Below, one piece after another: positions 50,614 to 62,223 of a stretch of DNA of 64,000 nucleotides. The notes beneath the pieces are model-generated. The model saw nothing but the letters and a program-made list of their open reading frames with translations, searched no databases and was not told where the DNA came from. Source of the stretch: Paramoeba atlantica. Taxonomy: Eukaryota > Protista > Discosea. The translations under genes and the position numbers were made by a program. Every line of letters starts with the position of its first letter. Position 1 is the first letter of the stretch. Where the stretch lies: the NCBI GenBank assembly GCA_977017575.1, contig CDRNVI010000015.1, forward strand, positions 434,001 through 498,000. The letters run 5' to 3'.

Positions 50614-52902
50614 ATGACTGACTCATTAGATCAAGCTAAGAAAGATGTACGCATACCTCAAATTTCGAAAGTTGAGCAGCAACTGAGTAGTAAAGCCCAG
50701 TGTTCTGCATCCAATAAGTCGGACGATGTAATAGGAGCACCCTGCAGTGACGGCGAGGATGAAGATGATTACGCCGCGTCTTTTCAAGAAATTCTTAACA
50801 ATTTGCGTCACGAAAGTCAGGAGGACGCGCTCTCCTCTAAAACAGCACAAGAAGAAAGATTTCCCCAATATTCCAATACTTTCGCGCCCTTGAGAGATGC
50901 ACGAGCTACAAAGCTACGTGAGCTAAATTGTTTAGATCACTCTAAAATTAAATATTTAGCAATACGGAAAGATATATACGTACCTTCGCCTGATATTTCA
51001 ACACTTTCTGATCAAGATGTTCGAGCGACACTAGAGGAGATGGATCATACTAAAATAAAAGGCACAAATCCACAGCGACCTATCGCTAAATGGTATCAAT
51101 GTGGCTTTGACGAAACGATTACGCGCACCTTGGCTGATCTGGGGTACCAGGAGCCATTTCCTGTACAAAGAGCATGTATACCATGTCTACTTTCGGGTCG
51201 TGATTTGATGTGCCTGGCCCAGACGGGAAGCGGTAAGACACTCGCATACTGTCTTCCTATGTTACGACACGTTCGTACGCAACCTCCCCTTGAATTGCAC
51301 GAAGGGCCGATCGCACTGATTTTGGTTTGTACCCGTGAACTTGCACAACAAATAGGTAAATGTCTAGAGTCTTTCTGCGTTGCCTTGAAATTCAAGTTAT
51401 GCGTCACCTTTGGTGGAGAAAGTGTTTCAAAAGATATCTCTAGTGTACGAGAGGGATGTCATATTATAGTGTGCACTCCTGGGCGCCTTATGGAATTGCT
51501 AGTTGCCAATCGTGGAAAGGTTCTTAGCCTGCGACGCACCTCATTCGTCGTTTTGGATGAAGCTGATCGGCTTTTTGATGAAGGCTTTGGTATTCAAATA
51601 AGAAAAATTTTTGATAGCGTTCGTCCCGATCGTCAGTGTGCCATGTTTTCTGCTACAATGCCGAGTTTTATTCAACGTGCTGCAAAGCGCTTTCTTATGG
51701 ATCCGTTATGGGTTTCTGTAGGATCTCGCATTAGTGTTTCGAAAAATGTTATTCAGGCTGTGGAATGTTTTGAGAAAGATGAAGAACGATTTCTCCGTCT
51801 TTTGGAATTACTAGGCGATCATGTAAATAAAAATTGTCTAGTTCTTGTTTTTGTTGAAAGAAAGTCCCATGTAGAAGATCTGCATCTTCATTTACAAAAA
51901 TTTGGATATGATTGTGCTAGTTTACATTCTGGAATGGACTCCGTGGATCGAAAAATATCTTTACAAGATTTTAACCGCACCGGTGATCGTTTTGCTAAAG
52001 CGGTTCTAATTGCAACTGGTGTTGCGGCACGTGGACTTGATTTATTAAATTTAGATCTCGTAATTAACTACACAACGCCTCCCTGCTTGGAAGAATATAT
52101 TCATCGGGTAGGACGCACAGGACGAGCGGGTAAGAAGGGAAATGCAGTAACTTTTCTGCTGCACTCCGACGATGCGAAACATGCTATTTACCTGCAACAA
52201 GCATTGCGTTCCAGCGATCACAATGTGCCTGAATGGCTTGAAGCGATGGCTGCGGAGGAATACGCCAAAGTCCATCCTGATTCCAAGGGTGTGGTAGTCT
52301 GGAATCCCATCGATTCGCAGTCACATTATGGAGGCCGGGGATACAAGTTTGATGCAAAAGAATCTCGGAAAGACCGAAAACGGAAACGAATGGAGCAAAA
52401 GGAGCTTATGACTTCGATTGGTCTTGATGAGTCTTCAGACTCTGAAGTTTACACGTCTGATGAAAAGGATGCAGATAAAACGGATTGGGACTCTACAACG
52501 GATTCTGTAGTTCAAGGAGTCATAGCACGGACCGGTCGAGAGGTTGCTCTTACCACGGGAGATGCTAAAAGCCGAGCTCTCGCCGTGATTAGCGCCTTAA
52601 ACGAGATGAGGGCGCAGGAAGAAGCCATGGCTTCCAAAGGTATATTTTTTGCTTCTGTTGATTTAAATGAGTGTAGTTCTCGAATTCGACGCAAAGCTAC
52701 ATCCCGACAAGCCTTTGCGGATATTCAAGAAAGGACAACGACAACTATCACCGTACGTGGCGAGTACATGCCTCCCAGTCGACGTCGGTCGGCAGGCAGG
52801 GAGCCTTTGCACCTCCGCATTGAGGGATCTTCGAAGGATGAAGTCCAAAATGCTGCACGCCAAATAAAAGGTTGGATGCTAGAGAACGAAGATCTCTGGT
52901 AA
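50614..52902 (+). CDS. PRP5: DEAD-box RNA helicase Prp5/DDX46
   Basis: AQTGSGKT, TRELA, TPGRL, DEAD, SAT, HRVGRTGR; PRP5-type N-terminus (PIAKWYQCG) and C-terminal KH-like domain (ITVRGEY...LHLRIEG). Confidence 0.9.
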   Translation: MTDSLDQAKKDVRIPQISKVEQQLSSKAQCSASNKSDDVIGAPCSDGEDEDDYAASFQEILNNLRHESQEDALSSKTAQEERFPQYSNTFAPLRDARATKLRELNCLDHSKIKYLAIRKDIYVPSPDISTLSDQDVRATLEEMDHTKIKGTNPQRPIAKWYQCGFDETITRTLADLGYQEPFPVQRACIPCLLSGRDLMCLAQTGSGKTLAYCLPMLRHVRTQPPLELHEGPIALILVCTRELAQQIGKCLESFCVALKFKLCVTFGGESVSKDISSVREGCHIIVCTPGRLMELLVANRGKVLSLRRTSFVVLDEADRLFDEGFGIQIRKIFDSVRPDRQCAMFSATMPSFIQRAAKRFLMDPLWVSVGSRISVSKNVIQAVECFEKDEERFLRLLELLGDHVNKNCLVLVFVERKSHVEDLHLHLQKFGYDCASLHSGMDSVDRKISLQDFNRTGDRFAKAVLIATGVAARGLDLLNLDLVINYTTPPCLEEYIHRVGRTGRAGKKGNAVTFLLHSDDAKHAIYLQQALRSSDHNVPEWLEAMAAEEYAKVHPDSKGVVVWNPIDSQSHYGGRGYKFDAKESRKDRKRKRMEQKELMTSIGLDESSDSEVYTSDEKDADKTDWDSTTDSVVQGVIARTGREVALTTGDAKSRALAVISALNEMRAQEEAMASKGIFFASVDLNECSSRIRRKATSRQAFADIQERTTTTITVRGEYMPPSRRRSAGREPLHLRIEGSSKDEVQNAARQIKGWMLENEDLW

Positions 52903-53265
52903 TTTTCTTAAGCATATTAATAATTCTTTTATTGCTATTCTTTGCAATGAAACACGATAATTTAGTTGCATCTTCGTTTGTATCTTCACCTCACCCAGTG
53001 CCGTGCAAAGTGGCACTCTCTGAGTCTTGTTTCTGTCATTACATATGTTACCTTACACATTGCCTCTTTTTTTGGTATCAGCGATATCATGTAATCTCGT
53101 GTATCTTATACTTTGTCTTTTTCATTTATCCAACTTTTACAAGTATCTAGAAAATTGATTGACATACGATCGATACAGGGTACAAGAACTGACATGGCTA
53201 TCACTTTCTAAAAATAAACTAAGTAACAGTAATCAGAACTTTTTACTTGTTCAAGCACTCCATTT

Positions 53266-56200
53266 ATGTCGTGCATACCCCTTGAGATAGAACAGGTGGG
53301 TTTCAGCGTTCTAGGCTCCAATGATTATCATCAATTGGCTATAGTTCAGTGTCAAGATCCCTTGTCACGATCCCAGGGAATCACTGTCATGCACCCGGCA
53401 CTGGGGCCATTGAATAAGTCGGATAGTTGCTATACATGTGACAATGCTTTAGTCGATTGTTTCGGCCACTATGGTGTTATTCGGTTACAGATGCCTGTTT
53501 TCAACGTTGGGTTCTTGACGTATATTATCCGTTTACTGCATGTTCTTTGCAAATCTTGTGGACGCCTTTTGTTAATACAAGAGCGTATTCGCCATTTCGC
53601 GCATCGCTTTAGCAACTCTCGAGGACTCGAATTTTCCCAACGCAAAGGCTTACTCTTGCAAGTACTTTCGGAGGCTCGAAAGACCCAGCTCTGTCCACAT
53701 TGCAAGGCTTGGAACGGTCGCGTCTTCAAAGCTAAAGGCATGGCTTTTAAACTCGTGCATGAGCCCTTTGTTAAACCAGGACGAAGGGTTCGGGTCGAAT
53801 TACGGCATGATTTTGAGTTAAATTTTGCACAAGCAGCAAAGATGAATCCTCGCATAGGTCCACATCTCAAAAACGCGCAACAAGATCTCACGCCTGATGT
53901 TGTGCTAGAATTGTTTCAGAAAACTTCTATGGAAGACTGCATTGCTTTAGACATGGCTGGACCTCACATACTGCGAAATCTTATTTTGCAAGATGTCCAC
54001 GTCCCCCCAAGTTGCGTGCGCCCGGCACCTCCTCCCAACAATGCAGGAATAATTAGGCAAGACGATTTGACGACCGCGTTGAATGACATAATAGGTTGGT
54101 CAGACGAGATGAAAAAGCATCTTTTGGCAGGAGGAACCTCCCAGCGATTTTTAGAGCTTTGGGATAATCTCCAAGTGAACGTTGCCCGATACATTGACGA
54201 TTCGCTTCCTCACTTTCCAAAGAATCTCCGAGACAAGGGACCTGGTCCACTATTGTCTCTTGTGTCACGTATAAAAGGTAAAGCTGGAAGATTTCGTCGC
54301 ACATTAAGTGGAAAGCGAGTTAATTTTTCAGGGCGCTCTGTTATTTCTCCAGATCCCAATCTTGATATTGCTGAACTAGCTGTTCCACTCCAAGTAGCAA
54401 AAATTTTAACGTACCCTCAACGCGTGTATTCCCAGAATATTGAAATACTTCGAAAGCTTGTAAGACGCGGTCCTGATATGTATCCCGGCGCTAACTTTGT
54501 ATATTTCAAGTCCCGTGGAGAAAAAAGGGACTTGCGTTCTATTCGTACAGACAAAACTTTCGTAGCTCAGTGTCTGCAAGAAGGTGACATCGTAGAACGT
54601 CACCTTTTGGATGGCGACGCCGTGATTTTTAATCGCCAGCCTTCTTTGCATCGACTTTCCATGCTTGCACATCGTGCCCGTGTTTTACCTCAGCGGACAC
54701 TTCGCTTCAATGAATGTGTATGTCTTCCATATAATGCCGACTTTGACGGAGATGAAATGAACATTCATCTTCCTCAAACAGAGGAAGCTCGAGTGGAGTC
54801 GCTCGAATTAATGATTTCCAACAAGAATCTTATTAACGCTAGAAATGGTTCTCCAGTAATTGCTGCTATGCAAGATTTTTTGACAGGATCATATCTTTTG
54901 ACTCGGAAAAACGTTTTCATGGATCGCGTTACATTTGCACAAAATCAAACTCATATGCTCGAAAGCAACGCACAGTATCTGCGCCATCCGGTGATTTGCA
55001 AACCAATGGAATTGTGGACAGGAAAACAGCTTTTTGAATCACTAATTTGTCCTGATCCTTCTGCACAAGCTTTATCATTGAGTTTTCGCTCCACTACACG
55101 ATTCTTTTCGAATATTGAACGGGAAATGTGTCTAAAGGAAGGATTTGTTTCGTTTCTTGGAAATGAAATGATTTCTGGTTCTATGGATAAGAGTATTCTT
55201 GGTAGTGGCGATCGATCAAAGGATTCTTTGTTTTTTGCACTTCAACAAATTTGTGGATCTGAGTACGCCAGCAAATGCATGGGTCGTCTTTGTCGCCTTA
55301 CTTCTCGTTGGTTAACAAATATTGGATTCAGCATAGGTATCGAGGACGTCTGTCCAGCACCTGAATTGTTACGAACAGCTTCTCTAATCATAAAAGGCGG
55401 ATACCAAAGAGCTGACGGGCTAATTAACACATTTCAAAGTGGTATTCTCCTTTCAGATCCTGGTTGCACAGTTGAAGATACTGTAGAAAGCCGACTTACT
55501 AGAGTATGGAGCGATGTCAGAGAAAGTTGCGGAAAATTGTGCAAAGACTCTTTGTTATCTACAAATCCCGCGCTTGTTATGGCTGAATGTGGAAGTAAAG
55601 GGAGTATTCTTAATATTTCTCAGATGGTTGTGTGCGTCGGACAACAAATTGTGCAGGAAAAGCGTATTCAAAATTTTTTTCAAGATAGATCTACACCTCA
55701 CTTCCCAAAATATACACGCAGTGCCGAAGCTAGGGGATTCGTTCAGAATAGCTTTTGCACTGGATTAACACCAACGGAATTTGTTTTTCACACTATGGCA
55801 GGTCGGGAAGGCCTTGTACAGAGCGCTGTAAAAACAGCTCAAACGGGCTATCTTGGTCGCAGGATAATGAAAGTCTTGGAAGACCTAGTAGTTGAATACG
55901 ATGGAAGTGTGCGTAACGCTGCAGGCATGATAATTCAGTTTCAATACGGTGAAGATGGCCAAGATCCAATGGACATGGAGACGGGAATTTTTTCCGTCAA
56001 TTTTCGAGCGTTATGGATACAACTTCAGGCTCAAGCACCTTCGAATATATCTTCCCACTCTTCATGTCTCACGCCAGGTGAAATGAAGAAGTTTTTTGAT
56101 TCCACGTTGCAGGATGACATTAATAAAAGGTGTGGCGCACATTTTCGAAACGCTCTTTTTGAATTTTTCAACACAAAAGTGGACGAATTAGTTCGTTTCA

Positions 56201-57459
56201 GAACCTCTATTGGGCTCCCTGGTGAAGTTCGTGGCCACACGAAACAAGACATGGAAAAAGAGCTTCTCATACCTAGTGACTTGTTTGTTACTGACGACAT
56301 TGTTCAGCACTTTTTTGCTACCTGTGTTCAGAGATATTTTCGTAAAGTATGTCAGCCGGGTACGCCATGCGGCGTTATTGCTGCTCAAAGTTTATCCGAG
56401 CCCACCACGCAGATGACATTGCGTACATTTCACTTTGCCGGAGTGGCTGGGATGAGCGTAACACAAGGGGTTCCACGAATAGAGGAAATTATGGACGCAA
56501 GAAAAAAGATTTCGACACCTATAGTAACGGTTCACCTTGAAAATTCAAGTAGCGAAATTGCTGCACGTATTTTAAAGGGTCGTATTGAGCGCACAACGCT
56601 GCGTGATATTCTGCTCCGAGTACAGACAGTGATCACTCCCCACGATGTTTTCCTAAGCTTAACTTTATGTTTAGACACCATCTCAAAGCTTCAGCTAGGA
56701 ATAAACGCTACAGACGTGGCACGAAGCCTTGTGCAATCTTCAAAAACTTTAAGACTGCAACTCAGTACCTCTCACATTCGAGTAATGAGTCGAGACACAT
56801 TACATGTTAAGCCAGTAAATTTAGATCGAGAACAATTATTGTACAATCTTGATCACATCCGACACAAACTTGGAGACGTGATTGTTGCTGGACTGTCAAC
56901 CTGCTCCCGTGCTGTAATTAGTAATGTTTCTAAAACGGTCGATAAACCTTGCTACACGTTAATGGTAGAAACAAGCGATTTACTTCATTTAATGGGGATT
57001 AGTGGAGTCTGTTTTGAAAGGACAACTTCGAATCATATCACGAACGTGGAATCCGTGTTAGGCATAGAAGCCGCCCGACGAAAAATTATCGAAGAAATCG
57101 CGGCCGTAATGAATGTCTACGGTCTTACTATTGATCCTCGTCATACAATGTTGCTTGCCGACGCTATGACTGCTCGAGGACGTGTTCTCGGAACGACGAA
57201 TGTAGGAATGACAAAAGATCGAGACAGCGTTTTGAAGCTCGCATCTTTTGAGCGCACCCAGGAACATTTGTTCCAGGCTGCTCTACATGATCGTGTGGAC
57301 AAATACATGGGTGTCTCGGAAAGTATTATTTTGGGAAGACCTCCTCGTGTTGGTACGAACATGTGTTCTATCCTCTATGACTCGCGTCCCCTGGTTCCGT
57401 GTCAGTGTTCAGATTCAACAGTGCTTCGCCCAGTTGTAGTTAGGAATTACCCTGCATAG
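53266..57459 (+). CDS. RPC1: RNA polymerase III largest subunit
   Basis: CFGHYG, GKRVNFSGRSVISPD, NRQPSLH, NADFDGDEMN, GEPTTQMT-like SEPTTQMTL, LKLASFERT; no CTD. Confidence 0.95.
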   Translation: MSCIPLEIEQVGFSVLGSNDYHQLAIVQCQDPLSRSQGITVMHPALGPLNKSDSCYTCDNALVDCFGHYGVIRLQMPVFNVGFLTYIIRLLHVLCKSCGRLLLIQERIRHFAHRFSNSRGLEFSQRKGLLLQVLSEARKTQLCPHCKAWNGRVFKAKGMAFKLVHEPFVKPGRRVRVELRHDFELNFAQAAKMNPRIGPHLKNAQQDLTPDVVLELFQKTSMEDCIALDMAGPHILRNLILQDVHVPPSCVRPAPPPNNAGIIRQDDLTTALNDIIGWSDEMKKHLLAGGTSQRFLELWDNLQVNVARYIDDSLPHFPKNLRDKGPGPLLSLVSRIKGKAGRFRRTLSGKRVNFSGRSVISPDPNLDIAELAVPLQVAKILTYPQRVYSQNIEILRKLVRRGPDMYPGANFVYFKSRGEKRDLRSIRTDKTFVAQCLQEGDIVERHLLDGDAVIFNRQPSLHRLSMLAHRARVLPQRTLRFNECVCLPYNADFDGDEMNIHLPQTEEARVESLELMISNKNLINARNGSPVIAAMQDFLTGSYLLTRKNVFMDRVTFAQNQTHMLESNAQYLRHPVICKPMELWTGKQLFESLICPDPSAQALSLSFRSTTRFFSNIEREMCLKEGFVSFLGNEMISGSMDKSILGSGDRSKDSLFFALQQICGSEYASKCMGRLCRLTSRWLTNIGFSIGIEDVCPAPELLRTASLIIKGGYQRADGLINTFQSGILLSDPGCTVEDTVESRLTRVWSDVRESCGKLCKDSLLSTNPALVMAECGSKGSILNISQMVVCVGQQIVQEKRIQNFFQDRSTPHFPKYTRSAEARGFVQNSFCTGLTPTEFVFHTMAGREGLVQSAVKTAQTGYLGRRIMKVLEDLVVEYDGSVRNAAGMIIQFQYGEDGQDPMDMETGIFSVNFRALWIQLQAQAPSNISSHSSCLTPGEMKKFFDSTLQDDINKRCGAHFRNALFEFFNTKVDELVRFRTSIGLPGEVRGHTKQDMEKELLIPSDLFVTDDIVQHFFATCVQRYFRKVCQPGTPCGVIAAQSLSEPTTQMTLRTFHFAGVAGMSVTQGVPRIEEIMDARKKISTPIVTVHLENSSSEIAARILKGRIERTTLRDILLRVQTVITPHDVFLSLTLCLDTISKLQLGINATDVARSLVQSSKTLRLQLSTSHIRVMSRDTLHVKPVNLDREQLLYNLDHIRHKLGDVIVAGLSTCSRAVISNVSKTVDKPCYTLMVETSDLLHLMGISGVCFERTTSNHITNVESVLGIEAARRKIIEEIAAVMNVYGLTIDPRHTMLLADAMTARGRVLGTTNVGMTKDRDSVLKLASFERTQEHLFQAALHDRVDKYMGVSESIILGRPPRVGTNMCSILYDSRPLVPCQCSDSTVLRPVVVRNYPA

Positions 57460-58097
57460 ATGATAGATTAATTCGAAGCTTTTGTTTCACGATAGCAATC
57501 TAAATATTCTAAACTAGTCACATCTTATTGAATTTAAAAAATGGCATTGTTGTATGGCATCTTAATACCGTCAAAGTACTTATTAACGGAATAAAAATCA
57601 TTGGAACAATAATTAACGGAATAATTATTCATTTTTAAATTTTTACCAAACTCTTCCCAAAAATTTTAGTCGGTTGTCGGTCTGTTCATCAACAAAATTC
57701 AAAATATTTCTCTCCAGAAGAAAAAATACGACGTCACCGCGAAAGGACGAATCGATTACGACGTATCAGCAGAAGTTACAAGATAGATGTATTGAAAGGT
57801 TTCATCCAACCAAATCACTTTACTGATATTGACTAAGGTTTTGATATCTTTAAAAACGTTTAGTATGTTTTCATATCATGTTTACTTGGGTTTTTTCCGC
57901 TCATTCTTAAGGTTGGTCTTGTTTTTCCCTCATGTAAACATACGTAATCGGATTTCTTAATATGTTTTCTTCTCATTAATTTTTTCTCTTGACGCTAAAA
58001 TTTTGTTACGAATTTCGTAAAAATCATTGGAATAGTAATTAACGGAATAATTTCCTCCCAAAAAAAATTCCGTTAATTATTATTATTGTTATTAATT

Positions 58098-58993
58098 GCG
58101 GTGGTTGTAAAACTACCGCTCTACACTCGATTATTGAAAAAAAAGTGAACAAAAACAGTGAAAATATAAAGGGGAACACAGTAATATAATAGAAGAAAAA
58201 AATATAAAAGGGGGCTCCGGTGGACCAAAACTGAAAAAAAAAATTGATAAAAATGGGGGGTCCATGGGGGGGTCCAGGGCGGGGGGTCCAGGGGGTCATG
58301 GTCGAGCAAATTTTTTCGAAAAAATTAGTTTTCGAAAAAAAACCGCAGAAAGGGTAGCCGGGGTCTCGGCGCGCATTTTCCACCCCCCTACCCGGGGGTG
58401 ACCCCCCCGCGTATCCGCAGGACGGGTCCGCCAAGTTCGGATTTTTTCGGAAATTTTTTTTTGAAAAAAATTTCAACTTGGCGAAAAAAATGACAAAAAA
58501 AATATTTTTCCAAAATCGTTTCCCCTATTGTATTTTGATAGTTTGGGACCTACACTAGCTTTCTCCGCAGTTGTTTTCGCAAGGTATCACTTCTTCGAAC
58601 CGTGGTGCGCCCCTCAAAATGACCCATGTTTGACTAAAAAAGGTGAAAAAGTATTTTTCGGACCTAAAGGGGCATTTTTGTGTCGAAAGAATGGTATGGT
58701 TGGAGTCGCATTCTCTACCCAATACGTTCGGTAGGCTTTGATTCATGCCTACGAGTGATTTCCCACGCGCAAATGTCGGATTTAGTGCTCTGACAGCAAA
58801 AATACGCGAAAATCACCCCATTTTTACCCGAAATTCGGCTATTTTTGGCTATAATCTTTCCGTTTTCCAGGCTAAATTTTCTTTTTTAGGCTCTTCGTTA
58901 AACGCGGCGGTAGTTTTCAACGCGAAGCGCGCAGCATGAGTGACTTCAAAGTTGAAAACAACCACCGCGTTTAACGAAGAGCCTAAAAAAGAA
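58098..58993 (-). mobile_element. Hairpin-ended element, copy F (full length, near-identical to copy C)
   Basis: Reverse complement matches 16131-17015 almost throughout; ATT (AAT on minus) at 58095-58097 and 58994-58996. Confidence 0.88.
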
Positions 58994-58998
58994 ATTAA

Positions 58999-59278
58999 AC
59001 CACAGTCCGGGTTATTATACCTAGGGACACCTATTGTACCTCCTAGGTATAATAACTGTCCCTAGGGTCCTTATTATTCAAGGGTTTAACTCCTTATTAT
59101 TCAAGGGTAAGTATTCAAGGGTTTCATCAGTTTCTATACTCTATTCGTCTATCTCGGCGTATCTTCGTAAATTTTTTTTACCCTTTTTTTCTCAAAGAAA
59201 AGTTATTATACCTAGGGACACTTATTATACCTAGGGACACTTATTATACCTCCTAGGTATAATAACCCGGACGGTGGT
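58999..59278. mobile_element. TTAA-flanked MITE (piggyBac-type target)
   Basis: TIR ACCAC(A/C)GTCCGGGTTATTATACCTAGG; TTAA at 58995-58998 and 59279-59282; internal repeats TTATTATACCTAGGGACAC. Confidence 0.75.
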
Positions 59279-59378
59279 TTAATAATAAAAAGTAATAATA
59301 TTGTTAATAATAAGTACTTTGACGGTACTCTTTTTTAAAATATTTTGTATGTTAGACCAGAGCAGAAGTTTACTATTA

Positions 59379-60193
59379 CTGTCCCCCCCACTTAAGCGCA
59401 ACCAGGTTTTGGTATAAAATTGCGCATAAGTAGCCGGGTCAAAAAAAGGGTAAAAAAACATTTTCGCGCCGCTTCGCGGCGCGTGTTTCAATCATGAGTT
59501 ATATACGCGGGGTGCCCTGGGGGGCTGCTGTTAATATACTATCCCCCCTATCCTAGCGTGGCTTTGTTGGGATGAAATGCAACGCTAGGAGGGGGGGCAA
59601 AAACTGGGGCCGAAGAATTGCTAAGCCGAAGATGTTGTGGGATTACTGAGGAACATTTTCAAAAAAATCGCTGTTCAGGGTACATTTTTACCATAGCTTC
59701 ACGGCAAGAGACAGTCTAAAAAGCAACACTAATGAGGGGGGCTACCGAGGCAACGCTAGGATAGGGGGGATAGTACTGTACCTCCCCTAGTTATCTGTCA
59801 CAACTTTCCGTTGAAAGGTGACAGATAAGTAGGGGGGATAAGTTTCATTTTAAGATTTTTTTGAAAAACAATAGTTAAGACAAAAGCGTACAGTACGTGG
59901 CAGGAGGGTTCCTCTGATGTACAGTACAGTATAGTATGCAAAGACTCGCCGTACAGATCGGTGGAGGTCAGTGTGGATCAGAGGAGATCGCTGGAGATCG
60001 ATGAAGATCATTTCTGAACGTCCAAAGGGACTACCTGCAGACTCTCCATTTCAACAGCGGCGAAAATTGGTACAAAAATTCGTACCACAAAAAAGAATCG
60101 CGCCGCTTTGCGGCGTTTTTCTTCTTAACGATGCGTCAAAATTGCGCTTAAGTGGCCGGGTCAAACGGTTGCGCATAAGTAGGGGGGGAACAG
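59379..60193. mobile_element. TA-flanked MITE containing nested MITEs
   Basis: TIR CTGTCCCCCC...ACTTA(A/T)GCGCAACC; nested element 59539-59773 (TIR CTATCCCCCCTATCCTAGCGT, TA-flanked) and a ~60-bp hairpin at 59781-59838. Confidence 0.75.
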
Positions 60194-60317
60194 TAGTACT
60201 ATTAGTACTTTACTCGTATTAATCTTATTCTTTCTACTATTTGTTGAAAATAATGTAAGCTGCTACGTATTTGTACGGGCAATTTTTTTAACTAAAGTAT
60301 TGTCTCATTTTGCGAAC

Positions 60318-61169
60318 ATGCCTACGCACGTGTTGTATGCACTTTTCAATGGTACGGAAGCGGAATCCCACCAAAGGCAGCCCCCTTTTCATGGTTTTGA
60401 CTCCGTCACCGATCTAGTTCGACGGCGCTATGAAGAGCAGTGTCGTGTTGTCGCAGTCATGGTTCGTCTTGGTTGCCCATTTCTCATGTGCGCCGAACAA
60501 AAAATTAAGAAACGTACGGAATATGAAGATGAATTTTCATGGGAGCTTCTTGCCCAAGATATGCGCGTTTCCTTTCATGAAGCGTGGAATACTTACCAAA
60601 GAAATATTGCTAAAATATCTCTTCAGACGTTGATGGCTAGCGCACTTTTGTTACATTCAGGGGAGTATTCACACGCTGTGGTTTATCAATGGGATACCAG
60701 GCCTCGGTTAGTGAATTACTCCTTAACCCCCCTTCTTCAACGCATGGGATCGATCGGTAAAAAGAAGTGGTTTGGTCCCACTCCCCGAGAAGCTGATGTA
60801 GAATACTTGGAGTATTCTTTTGAAGGTACACGAAGTGCGCTGGTCGCTTTCGAGGACTCTGTGATGCGCAATGTGTTGTATGTCTTCTCGGATATTTTGG
60901 TAGAGTGTTTCGCAGTTTTGCCATTATGTGTGAATACGAAGTCAAAAGAAGGTCCGGATGCGCGTTTAGACCCGAAAAGAGCTCAACAGGTTTTTCTCAC
61001 TAGGTCATGCGCAAATGGAGTGAAGCTTTTTGGTGCTGCGCTCGGCGCCGCGGCTGGTACTCATCTCAACGCAGGTCATGGGGAATGCTGGGGAGAGGCC
61101 TTGGGAGGCATGCTTGCTCAACTCTTTCTGTGGAAAACAAAGAACACTAAACCATATGCAGCTAACTGA
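60318..61169 (+). CDS. Hypothetical protein with glycine-rich hydrophobic C-terminus
   Basis: Long ORF on the coding strand; GAALGAAAG...WGEALGG. Confidence 0.7.
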   Translation: MPTHVLYALFNGTEAESHQRQPPFHGFDSVTDLVRRRYEEQCRVVAVMVRLGCPFLMCAEQKIKKRTEYEDEFSWELLAQDMRVSFHEAWNTYQRNIAKISLQTLMASALLLHSGEYSHAVVYQWDTRPRLVNYSLTPLLQRMGSIGKKKWFGPTPREADVEYLEYSFEGTRSALVAFEDSVMRNVLYVFSDILVECFAVLPLCVNTKSKEGPDARLDPKRAQQVFLTRSCANGVKLFGAALGAAAGTHLNAGHGECWGEALGGMLAQLFLWKTKNTKPYAAN

Positions 61170-61607
61170 GATGCCTATAAAAATACATCACCGATTGCGC
61201 ACGTCTAAAATCGAAGGCATTGCAGATTCTTAGAAAACTTGTTTCGAAGACGTGGCTAAATAAGTGGGGCGGATTTGTTGTACAAGGATTATTTCAAAGC
61301 TAGTAGAGGTACTTTGAATAAATAAGTAGATGACCTTTAAAGTTACGTTTTCTTAAACTTTGTAAAGTAATTTGTACCCCGGCTGCACATGACTTACAGT
61401 CAGCAAAACAAATTGATTTTTTTCTTTTGTATACAGCTATTGAATAAATAGCACGGTTGCGCTGGTAATGTGTGCTAGTAGTGTAGGCTATTAGTATAGG
61501 CATGAGTGTCAATGCTCAGCATAGAGTGTCAATGCAAAACAAGACGTAAGTAGAAGCGAACAGAGACCGCCCAGAAGCAAAATGACAGGTGAGCCACGTC
61601 AAATCTA

Positions 61608-61850
61608 CCGGTCGAGCAAAACATTTGGCATTTTTTTAATTTCGTCCTTCGAGATCAAAAAAACGTCAGATCAATATTTATGTGGACCAAAATTATTGGG
61701 GAAAAATTTTTCGTGCATTGAAATTCCACCCCCTAGCGCTCACAACGTATGGGATTCCGGGCCCTGAGAAAAATAAAGTCAGACCAATATTTATGTGGAA
61801 CAAATTTTTTGGAGCCAAATAAAAGTGGACTAAATTTTCTGCTCGACCGG
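61608..61850. mobile_element. TA-flanked MITE
   Basis: TIR CCGGTCGAGCA(A/G)AA; TA at 61606-61607 and 61851-61852; internal direct repeat CAATATTTATGTGGA. Confidence 0.65.
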
Positions 61851-62223
61851 TAGAGGAAGAAATGGAACCCAGGATGAAAGGGGCAAGGGATATACGTAGT
61901 AACAGGCGTGGCAGGTTCCCATTGAAAAGAAATGGCATCTCCCCGCACGAATTTCGTCTCCGAGCTAGCAAGCGCAAAGGCTGTTCTCGTGCGGGGAGAT
62001 ACCATTTCTTTTCAGTGGGAATCTGCCACGCCTGTTGCTTCGTATCTCCCTCGCCCCTTTCAGCCTCGGTTATGATTATTTACATGTATTATTATTCTAT
62101 ATCTACGAGAATTCCGAGTAGACATTACTAGTATTCCAAAGTTCTAATCTTGAATGCAAAGATAAATGTTGTTCTCTTCGGTCTAAAATGATGTTATGAC
62201 AGCGCACTTCGATTTCCGAATAC

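Noticed and set aside
52872-53150. 92-aa hydrophobic ORF between PRP5 and RPC1
   Set aside because: It overlaps the PRP5 end and translates a T-rich intergenic tract.
53266-57459. Intein or insertion in RPC1
   Set aside because: Length and motif spacing are normal, with no splicing or homing-endonuclease motifs.
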